Below, in pieces: positions 39,901 to 51,900 of a stretch of DNA of 64,000 nt. The stretch is from NCBI GenBank assembly GCA_965153285.1, contig OZ229110.1, one strand, 5' to 3'. The DNA comes from Podarcis tiliguerta. Taxonomy: Eukaryota. A program made the translations under genes and the position numbers. The notes under the pieces are model-generated. The model had not been told where the DNA came from. It worked only from the letters and a program-made list of their open reading frames with translations, and searched no databases. Numbering within the stretch: position 1 is the first letter of the stretch; each line of letters opens with the position of its first letter.

Positions 39901-42900
39901 TGAATTTTGAAATCAGGTTCCTATGCTGCCTATACACACCATGTGGTGCATCAACAACTCCAGCAACACCAGAAATAACAACAGCAGGATCCAGAACTAC
40001 ATCTAAAGTGACAGGTGGCATAACAACCACCCTGGCTCCCCTTGTTACCACTACGGCAGGAAGCACCACTACCGGTTGCCAACCCAAATGCCAGTGGACC
40101 TCTTGGTTCAGTTTTCACACTCCAAGCTCCGACCCTGGGGATGGCGATCGCGAGGACATTAAGAGCATCCAGGCATCGGGCGGTACCATCTGCGAACACC
40201 CTCAAAAGGTGGAGTGCAGAGGAGTGGACTACCCAGAGCTCAGCGCATCTGAACTTGGACAGAACATGATCTGCGATATCAACACTGGAATCCTTTGTGA
40301 GAATGCCAAACAGACAGGGAAGTACAAGATCTGTTACGACTATGAGATGAGAGCACTGTGTTGCGACTACAAGCACTGTGAAACCACGCCAGCGCCACTG
40401 GTCACAACAAGTGCCACCACCACAGAAGCCCCAGGTAGCACGGCGGGCAAGAGCACGGCTCCAGCATCCTCCACGGGCTCTACGCCACCTCTTGTTGTCC
40501 ATACCACCACCGAAAGCACCACCCTTGTTTCCACAACACCAGGAGTAACCACAGGAAAGCCAACAACCACAGAAACACCAGGCAGCACGGCAGGCAAGAG
40601 CACGGCTCCAGCATCCTCCACGGGCTCTACGCCACCTCCCGTTGTATTCACCACCACCGAAAGCACCACCCTTCTTCCGACAACTCCAGGAGTTACAACA
40701 AGAAAGCCAACCACCACCACCCACTCAACGCCGCTTTCCACCCTCCCTCTCACAACACCAGGCTCAGTCAGCACTGCTGCCGTCTCCACTGGAGTGGTCC
40801 CCACTGTGACAGCCACAACACTCCAGTCCACTCCTGTTTCCAAGCCTTCCTCAACAATACCCACCACCGGGACCACTGCACAAACCCCTCCAGGCCTGCT
40901 GACCACAACAACCACCCTGCCTCCCCTTGTTACCACTACGCCAGGAAGCACCACTACCGGTTGCCAACCCAAATGCCAGTGGACCTCTTGGTTCAGTTTT
41001 CACACTCCAAGCTCCGACCCTGGGGATGGCGATCGCGAGGACATTAAGAGCATCCAGGCATCGGGCGGTACCATCTGCGAACACCCTCAAAAGGTGGAGT
41101 GCAGAGGAGTGGACTACCCAGAGCTCAGCGCATCTGAACTTGGACAGAACATGATCTGCGATATCAACATTGGAATCCTTTGTGAGAATGCCAAACAGAC
41201 AGGGAAGTACAAGATCTGTTACGACTATGAGATGAGAGCACTGTGTTGCGACTACAAGCACTGTGAAACCACGCCAGCGCCACTGGTCACAACAAGTGCC
41301 ACCACCACAGAAGCCCCAGGTAGCACGGCGGGCAAGAGCACGGCTCCAGCATCCTCCACGGGCTCTACGCCACCTCCTGTTGTCCATACCACCACCGAAA
41401 GCACCACCCTTGTTTCCACAACACCAGGAGTAACCACAGGAAAGCCAACAACCACAGAAACACCAGGCAGCACGGCAGGCAAGAGCACGGCTCCAGCATC
41501 CTCCACGGGCTCTACGCCACCTCCCATTGTATTCACCACCACCGAAAGCACCACCCTTCTTCCGACAACTCCAGGAGTTACAACAAGAAAGCCAACCACC
41601 ACCACCCACTCAACGCCGCTTTCCACCCTCCCTCTCACAACACCAGGCTCAGTCAGCACTGCTGCCGTCTCCACTGGAGTGGTCCCCACGGTGACAGCCA
41701 CAACACTCCAGTCCACTCCTGTTTCTAAGCCTTCCTCAACAATACCCACCACCGGGACCACTGCACAAACCCCTCCAGGCCTGCTGACCACAACAACCAC
41801 CCTGCCTCCCCTTGTTACCACTACGCCAGGAAGCACCACTACCGGTTGCCAACCCAAATGCCAGTGGACCTCTTGGTTCAGTTTTCACACTCCAAGCTCC
41901 GACCCTGGGGATGGCGATCGCGAGGACATTAAGAGCATCCAGGCATCGGGCGGTACCATCTGCGAACACCCTCAAAAGGTGGAGTGCAGAGGAGTGGACT
42001 ACCCAGAGCTCAGCGCATCTGAACTTGGACAGAACATGATCTGCGATATCAACATTGGAATCCTTTGTGAGAATGCCAAACAGACAGGGAAGTACAAGAT
42101 CTGTTACGACTATGAGATGAGAGCACTGTGTTGCGACTACAAGCACTGTGAAACCACGCCAGCGCCACTGGTCACAACAAGTGCCACCACCACAGAAGCC
42201 CCAGGTAGCACGGCGGGCAAGAGCACGGCTCCAGCATCCTCCACGGGCTCTACGCCACCTCCTGTTGTTCATACCACCACCGAAAGCACCACCCTTGTTT
42301 CCACAACACCAGGAGTAACCACAGGAAAGCCAACAACCACAGAAACACCAGGCAGCACGGCAGGCAAGAGCACGGCTCCAGCATCCTCCACGGGCTCTAC
42401 GCCACCTCCTGTTGTATTCACCACCACCGAAAGCACCACCCTTCTTCCGACAACTCCAGGAGTTACAACAAGAAAGCCAACCACCACCACCCACTCAACG
42501 CCGCTTTCCACCCTCCCTCTCACAACACCAGGCTCAGTCAGCACTGCTGCCGTCTCCACTGGAGTGGTCCCCACTGTGACAGCCACAACACTCCAGTCCA
42601 CTCCTGTTTCCAAGCCTTCCTCAACAATACCCACCACCGGGACCACTGCACAAACCCCTCCAGGCCTGCTGACCACAACAACCACCCTGCCTCCCCTTGT
42701 TACCACTACGCCAGGAAGCACCACTACCGGTTGCCAACCCAAATGCCAGTGGACCTCTTGGTTCAGTTTTCACACTCCAAGCTCCGACCCTGGGGATGGC
42801 GATCGCGAGGACATTAAGAGCATCCAGGCATCGGGCGGTACCATCTGCGAACACCCTCAAAAGGTGGAGTGCAGAGGAGTGGACTACCCAGAGCTCAGCG

Positions 42901-45900
42901 CATCTGAACTTGGACAGAACATGATCTGCGATATCAACATTGGAATCCTTTGTGAGAATGCCAAACAGACAGGGAAGTACAAGATCTGTTACGACTATGA
43001 GATGAGAGCACTGTGTTGCGACTACAAGCACTGTGAAACCACGCCAGCGCCACTGGTCACAACAAGTGCCACCACCACAGAAGCCCCAGGTAGCACGGCG
43101 GGCAAGAGCACGGCTCCAGCATCCTCCACGGGCTCTACGCCACCTCCTGTTGTCCATACCACCACCGAAAGCACCACCCTTGTTTCCACAACACCAGGAG
43201 TAACCACAGGAAAGCCAACAACCACAGAAACACCAGGCAGCACGGCAGGCAAGAGCACGGCTCCAGCATCCTCCACGGGCTCTACGCCACCTCCCATTGT
43301 ATTCACCACCACCGAAAGCACCACCCTTCTTCCGACAACTCCAGGAGTTACAACAAGAAAGCCAACCACCACCACCCACTCAACGCCGCTTTCCACCCTC
43401 CCTCTCACAACACCAGGCTCAGTCAGCACTGCTGCCGTCTCCACTGGAGTGGTCCCCACGGTGACAGCCACAACACTCCAGTCCACTCCTGTTTCTAAGC
43501 CTTCCTCAACAATACCCACCACCGGGACCACTGCACAAACCCCTCCAGGCCTGCTGACCACAACAACCACCCTGCCTCCCCTTGTTACCACTACGCCAGG
43601 AAGCACCACTACCGGTTGCCAACCCAAATGCCAGTGGACCTCTTGGTTCAGTTTTCACACTCCAAGCTCCGACCCTGGGGATGGCGATCGCGAGGACATT
43701 AAGAGCATCCAGGCATCGGGCGGTACCATCTGCGAACACCCTCAAAAGGTGGAGTGCAGAGGAGTGGACTACCCAGAGCTCAGCGCATCTGAACTTGGAC
43801 AGAACATGATCTGCGATATCAACATTGGAATCCTTTGTGAGAATGCCAAACAGACAGGGAAGTACAAGATCTGTTACGACTATGAGATGAGAGCACTGTG
43901 TTGCGACTACAAGCACTGTGAAACCACGCCAGCGCCACTGGTCACAACAAGTGCCACCACCACAGAAGCCCCAGGTAGCACGGCGGGCAAGAGCACGGCT
44001 CCAGCATCCTCCACGGGCTCTACGCCACCTCCTGTTGTTCATACCACCACCGAAAGCACCACCCTTGTTTCCACAACACCAGGAGTAACCACAGGAAAGC
44101 CAACAACCACAGAAACACCAGGCAGCACGGCAGGCAAGAGCACGGCTCCAGCATCCTCCACGGGCTCTACGCCACCTCCCGTTGTATTCACCACCACCGA
44201 AAGCACCACCCTTCTTCCGACAACTCCAGGAGTTACAACAAGAAAACCAACCACCACCACCCACTCAACGCCGCTTTCCACCCTCCCTCTCACAACACCA
44301 GGCTCAGTCAGCACTGCTGCCGTCTCCACTGGAGTGGTCCCCACGGTGACAGCCACAACACTCCAGTCCACTCCTGTTTCCAAGCCTTCCTCAACAATAC
44401 CCACCAACGGGACCACTGCACAAACCCCTCCAGGCCTGCTGACCACAACAACCACCCTGCCTCCCCTTGTTACCACTACGCCAGGAAGCACCACTACCGG
44501 TTGCCAACCCAAATGCCAGTGGACCTCTTGGTTCAGTTTTCACACTCCAAGCTCCGACCCTGGGGATGGTGATCACGAGGACATTAAGAGCATCCAGGCA
44601 TCGGGCGGTACCATCTGCGAACACCCTCAAAAGGTGGAGTGCAGAGGAGTGGACTACCCAGAGCTCAGCGCATCTGAACTTGGACAGAACATGATCTGCG
44701 ATATCAACATTGGAATCCTTTGTGAGAATGCCAAACAGACAGGGAAGTACAAGATCTGTTACGACTATGAGATGAGAGCACTGTGTTGCGACTACAAGCA
44801 CTGTGAAACCACGCCAGCGCCACTGGTCACAACAAGTGCCACCACCACAGAAGCCCCAGGTAGCACGGCGGGCAAGAGCACGGCTCCAGCATCCTCCACG
44901 GGCTCTACGCCACCTCCTGTTGTTCATACCACCACCGAAAGCACCACCCTTGTTTCCACAACACCAGGAGTAACCACAGGAAAGCCAACAACCACAGAAA
45001 CACCAGGCAGCACGGCAGGCAAGAGCACGGCTCCAGCATCCTCCACGGGCTCTACGCCACCTCCCGTTGTATTCACCACCACCGAAAGCACCACCCTTCT
45101 TCCGACAACTCCAGGAGTTACAACAAGAAAGCCAACCACCACCACCCACTCAACGCCGCTTTCCACCCTCCCTCTCACAACACCAGGCTCAGTCAGCACT
45201 GCTGCCGTCTCCACTGGAGTGGTCCCCACTGTGACAGCCACAACACTCCAGTCCACTCCTGTTTCCAAGCCTTCCTCAACAATACCCACCACCGGGACCA
45301 CTGCACAAACCCCTCCAGGCCTGCTGACCACAACAACCACCCTGCCTCCCCTTGTTACCACTACGCCAGGAAGCACCACTACCGGTTGCCAACCCAAATG
45401 CCAGTGGACCTCTTGGTTCAGTTTTCACACTCCAAGCTCCGACCCTGGGGATGGCGATCGCGAGGACATTAAGAGCATCCAGGCATCGGGCGGTACCATC
45501 TGCGAACACCCTCAAAAGGTGGAGTGCAGAGGAGTGGACTACCCAGAGCTCAGCGCATCTGAACTTGGACAGAACATGATCTGCGATATCAACATTGGAA
45601 TCCTTTGTGAGAATGCCAAACAGACAGGGAAGTACAAGATCTGTTACGACTATGAGATGAGAGCACTGTGTTGCGACTACAAGCACTGTGAAACCACGCC
45701 AGCGCCACTGGTCACAACAAGTGCCACCACCACAGAAGCCCCAGGTAGCACGGCGGGCAAGAGCACGGCTCCAGCATCCTCCACGGGCTCTACGCCACCT
45801 CCTGTTGTTCATACCACCACCGAAAGCACCACCCTTGTTTCCACAACACCAGGAGTAACCACAGGAAAGCCAACAACCACAGAAACACCAGGCAGCACGG

Positions 45901-48900
45901 CAGGCAAGAGCACGGCTCCAGCATCCTCCACGGGCTCTACGCCACCTCCCGTTGTATTCACCACCACCGAAAGCACCACCCTTCTTCCGACAACTCCAGG
46001 AGTTACAACAAGAAAACCAACCACCACCACCCACTCAACGCCGCTTTCCACCCTCCCTCTCACAACACCAGGCTCAGTCAGCACTGCTGCCGTCTCCACT
46101 GGAGTGGTCCCCACGGTGACAGCCACAACACTCCAGTCCACTCCTGTTTCCAAGCCTTCCTCAACAATACCCACCAACGGGACCACTGCACAAACCCCTC
46201 CAGGCCTGCTGACCACAACAACCACCCTGCCTCCCCTTGTTACCACTACGCCAGGAAGCACCACTACCGGTTGCCAACCCAAATGCCAGTGGACCTCTTG
46301 GTTCAGTTTTCACACTCCAAGCTCCGACCCTGGGGATGGTGATCGCGAGGACATTAAGAGCATCCAGGCATCGGGCGGTACCATCTGCGAACACCCTCAA
46401 AAGGTGGAGTGCAGAGGAGTGGACTACCCAGAGCTCAGCGCATCTGAACTTGGACAGAACATGATCTGCGATATCAACATTGGAATCCTTTGTGAGAATG
46501 CCAAACAGACAGGGAAGTACAAGATCTGTTACGACTATGAGATGAGAGCACTGTGTTGCGACTACAAGCACTGTGAAACCACGCCAGCGCCACTGGTCAC
46601 AACAAGTGCCACCACCACAGAAGCCCCAGGTAGCACGGCGGGCAAGAGCACGGCTCCAGCATCCTCCACGGGCTCTACGCCACCTCCTGTTGTTCATACC
46701 ACCACCGAAAGCACCACCCTTGTTTCCACAACACCAGGAGTAACCACAGGAAAGCCAACAACCACAGAAACACCAGGCAGCACGGCAGGCAAGAGCACGG
46801 CTCCAGCATCCTCCACGGGCTCTACGCCACCTCCCGTTGTATTCACCACCACCGAAAGCACCACCCTTCTTCCGACAACTCCAGGAGTTACAACAAGAAA
46901 GCCAACCACCACCACCCACTCAACGCCGCTTTCCACCCTCCCTCTCACAACACCAGGCTCAGTCAGCACTGCTGCCGTCTCCACTGGAGTGGTCCCCACT
47001 GTGACAGCCACAACACTCCAGTCCACTCCTGTTTCCAAGCCTTCCTCAACAATACCCACCACCGGGACCACTGCACAAACCCCTCCAGGCCTGCTGACCA
47101 CAACAACCACCCTGCCTCCCCTTGTTACCACTACGCCAGGAAGCACCACTACCGGTTGCCAACCCAAATGCCAGTGGACCTCTTGGTTCAGTTTTCACAC
47201 TCCAAGCTCCGACCCTGGCGATGGCGATCGCGAGGACATTAAGAGCATCCAGGCATCGGGCGGTACCATCTGCGAACACCCTCAAAAGGTGGAGTGCAGA
47301 GGAGTGGACTACCCAGAGCTCAGCGCATCTGAACTTGGACAGAACATGATCTGCGATATCAACATTGGAATCCTTTGTGAGAATGCCAAACAGACAGGGA
47401 AGTACAAGATCTGTTACGACTATGAGATGAGAGCACTGTGTTGCGACTACAAGCACTGTGAAACCACGCCAGCGCCACTGGTCACAACAAGTGCCACCAC
47501 CACAGAAGCCCCAGGTAGCACGGCGGGCAAGAGCACGGCTCCAGCATCCTCCACGGGCTCTACGCCACCTCCTGTTGTCCATACCACCACCGAAAGCACC
47601 ACCCTTGTTTCCACAACACCAGGAGTAACCACAGGAAAGCCAACAACCACAGAAACACCAGGCAGCACGGCAGGCAAGAGCACGGCTCCAGCATCCTCCA
47701 CGGGCTCTACGCCACCTCCCGTTGTATTCACCACCACCGAAAGCACCACCCTTCTTCCGACAACTCCAGGAGTTACAACAAGAAAGCCAACCACCACCAC
47801 CCACTCAACGCCGCTTTCCACCCTCCCTCTCACAACACCAGGCTCAGTCAGCACTGCTGCCGTCTCCACTGGAGTGGTCCCCACGGTGACAGCCACAACA
47901 CTCCAGTCCACTCCTGTTTCTAAGCCTTCCTCAACAATACCCACCACCGGGACCACTGCACAAACCCCTCCAGGCCTGCTGACCACAACAACCACCCTGC
48001 CTCCCCTTGTTACCACTACGCCAGGAAGCACCACTACCGGTTGCCAACCCAAATGCCAGTGGACCTCTTGGTTCAGTTTTCACACTCCAAGCTCCGACCC
48101 TGGGGATGGCGATCGCGAGGACATTAAGAGCATCCAGGCATCGGGCGGTACCATCTGCGAACACCCTCAAAAGGTGGAGTGCAGAGGAGTGGACTACCCA
48201 GAGCTCAGCGCATCTGAACTTGGACAGAACATGATCTGCGATATCAACACTGGAATCCTTTGTGAGAATGCCAAACAGACAGGGAAGTACAAGATCTGTT
48301 ACGACTATGAGATGAGAGCACTGTGTTGCGACTACAAGCACTGTGAAACCACGCCAGCGCCACTGGTCACAACAAGTGCCACCACCACAGAAGCCCCAGG
48401 TAGCACGGCGGGCAAGAGCACGGCTCCAGCATCCTCCACGGGCTCTACGCCACCTCCTGTTGTCCATACCACCACCGAAAGCACCACCCTTGTTTCCACA
48501 ACACCAGGAGTAACCACAGGAAAGCCAACAACCACAGAAACACCAGGCAGCACGGCAGGCAAGAGCACGGCTCCAGCATCCTCCACGGGCTCTACGCCAC
48601 CTCCCGTTGTATTCACCACCACCGAAAGCACCACCCTTCTTCCGACAACTCCAGGAGTTACAACAAGAAAGCCAACCACCACCACCCACTCAACGCCGCT
48701 TTCCACCCTCCCTCTCACAACACCAGGCTCAGTCAGCACTGCTGCCGTCTCCACTGGAGTGGTCCCCACGGTGACAGCCACAACACTCCAGTCCACTCCT
48801 GTTTCCAAGCCTTCCTCAACAATACCCACCACCGGAACCACTGCACAAACCCCTCCAGGCCTGCTGACCACAACAACCACCCTGGCTCCCCTTGTTACCA

Positions 48901-51900
48901 CTATGCTAGAAAGTACCTCTACTATGTGCCTCCCAAAGTGTAACTGGACCTCCTGGTATGATTTGCACCGTCCTACCAGCAGTCCAGATGATGGCGATAT
49001 AGAGAATTTTGAGACCATCCGAAAAGCTGGAGGAAATATTTGCAAACATCCACAAGACATTGAATGCAGAGCTGAGAATCACCCTGATGTCAGCCTGTAT
49101 TTGCTTGGTCAGGAAGTGCAATGTAACCTCCTTGTTGGACTTTTGTGCGAAAATTCAAAGCAAACAGACAAGATGTGTTATAACTACCAGGTTAGATACC
49201 AGTGCTGTGAATACAAGCCCTGCCATCCTAGCACAACACCACTGAGCACACCTGCTGCTTCTACCACAGAAAAACCTGGCAGCACGGCTGGCAAAAGCAC
49301 AACTCCAGAATCCTCCACGGGTTCTACGCCACCTCCCATTGTATTTACCACCACCCAAAGCTCCACTCTTGTTTCCACAACTCCAGGAGTAACCACAGGA
49401 AAGCCAACAACCACAGAAACACCAGGCAGCACTGCTGGCAAGAGCACAACTCCAGCATCCTCCACAACTTCTACACCACCTCCCATTGTAGTCACTACCA
49501 CCCAAAGCACCACCCTTGTTTCCACCACTCCTGAAATTACAACAGGAAAGCCCATGACCACCATCCCTTTCTCAACCCCTGCCTCCGTCAGCACACCTTC
49601 CATCACTTCTGGAGTGGCTTCCAGCGTTTCAACCACATCTCTTCCATCTACCCATGTTTCCAAACCTGTGTCGACGATATCCACTACTGGGATTACTGTA
49701 GAAACAGCAACTGTCCCTACCAGAGTGCCATTTTCCACTAAGCCTTTGGTCGTTGTTACAACAGGTAATTACAGAATGAATCTGCATATCCTAGTATGAA
49801 AATCTTGTTACCTTTGGTAAATATTCTAACAATTAAATTTATTACATGTTACTCAATTACAGGTGTCATGCCAAATGTTAGCAAATTCTTTCATATTAAT
49901 GGGGGCTAGGTGATCTTATTTCATATACCACCCTTTTCAAAAATTGGTATCCCAATTATGAAACCTAGTGTCTATCAGCTAGCAACTTATCAAAAATGTT
50001 TGCCTAGATCTCAGTGTGCTTTTTTCAAAGAAGTTTTCAATGCTATTACAAGTAGTAGATAGCTCTCTCGCTAGATATTTGAAATTTTATTAACAGCACC
50101 TTTGGACTGGAGGGGTGTGTTTCTTGATACTGGGAGGAATATAGCTGGATTCCCCTGTTTCTTGATAGTATGGTAGGTGTATAATAAGAACAGCAAGTAA
50201 GCAAAGTATTGATCTGATCCATTAAACTGGTTTTTGTAGTACAATTATCAAGTTAAATTCTCCAGCCCTAAAGATACATGTAAGTCCGGTTGAGCTCAGT
50301 TGGAATTCTGAATTGTTATGCTTCAGTTGGTGCTTTGGAAGTGTACACTGAAATCTTAAGTATCTACAGTGTTTAGCATCCATTTCCAGCAGTATGTCTT
50401 CAAGCAGTACGTAACAACTGTTATACATTTATTTCTTTTCTATTGTGTCTTCAGCAGCAACAAGTACTTCCATACCTTCTACAACAGGAACTACAACAGT
50501 CACTTTGAGCAGAACAACTCCATGTTTCTGCCGTGTGCCCGGATTTAGTAAGGGCTTGTTTTCTCCTGGTGAGTTTCTCTTAATGAATTTGAAAAGCAGC
50601 TGAAGCAATGTTTTCATTCACATATTGCTTTGATTGTACATATGCTCAACATACGTCCTTCCTTATACCTACATCATGATTGTGCACCACTCTCCACAGG
50701 GGAGTCTACTTTGGTGCTCTGCTGTATAGTTTGAGGAGGAGTAGAAACCTTTTTACTTACTTTTTACATTTACATTTAAATCATTTTATTAATCCTTCTT
50801 TATCTGGGTTTTTTGTTTGTTTTTTGCAAGTTTGGGGCTGATATTTTCAATGCTTTATTGAATTTATGTATCTGTGTTTTACTCTACACTGCTTTACACG
50901 TTTTAACAACCTAGGGAGCAAAAGTATTAGCTGAGATGAATTCTGTAATTCTCTCATGCCATACATTCTTTGAACAGTATTGAACCACAGAGATGTCAAT
51001 AGATCCATCTCTCACCTATCCCCTATCCCCTTTTACATATGTACATCTACCACTATCTGCCAGCCATTACTTTTAACAGGTGGCCAACATGTCCTTTTAC
51101 TCCCTAGGATTGTGAGTCACAAGTTATACTTGTATATGATTTACTGGCTAAGGACCAACTGGGGAAAAGGCCTCGGCTGAACCTCTTGCTGATCTCCCAT
51201 GGTGGTGTGGGGTTGGAGCTTGCCCACTACAAATTACACAATCCAATGCATGCTTTCTCAGACTTGCTGCTGAGAGTTGCACTGCATGTCAGTAGACAAA
51301 TTCATCTGAATTTTATTTGCATTTTAGAACGTTATGACATGTTTTGTTTTATAATTTTCGTACATGGTGCTTTATGATAAATTCCCTCCTTTTTTAAAAT
51401 AGGGGAAGTAATATACAATAGAACTGATAGTTCCGGATGCAGTTTTTATGCAGTTTGCAACAGAAGCTGTGAAATTGAGGTGTTCCAGGGACCATGTCCT
51501 TCAACAACTCCTTCCCACCCATCAACACCATCAGTTACAACTGCAGGAACCCAGCCTTCTCCGTCACCCACTACTGTTGTTCCATCAACCAGAGTATACA
51601 CTACTGCAGCTGTATCAACCCCCACAACTCCTGTAACAGGTTGCCCTGATATTGATCCACCAAGAAAGGTAATTAGCATTGTTTTCATACATACATTGGG
51701 GATAGCTTTTGCTAGCTGATGAGAGGCTGTAGCCCTAAACATCAAAAGGGCTCCATGTTGGGGAAAGCTGTTGGCTACCAAATGCCTCTCTCACTCCATT
51801 TTCACCCCTCTTAAAAACCATTAAATGAATCCTCTCTTGGTGAACGAGGTGTCTATGTTGAAAAGAAAATCCTGACTACCCCTAGGACTTTTGCCCACAA

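Noticed and set aside
40022-48871. CRISPR-like or satellite array
   Set aside because: No unique spacers; the repeat is entirely protein-coding in a eukaryotic gene.
39881-49738. Repeating minus-strand ORFs (157-257 aa) and +strand 75-aa ORFs
   Set aside because: Shadow frames of the Thr/Pro codon-biased repeat; they recur only because the unit repeats, and show no independent domain signal.
39600-49799. 3399-aa ORF as a standalone single-exon gene
   Set aside because: Its ends run into intron sequence; splice sites at 39619 and 49764 join it in phase to the flanking mucin exons.
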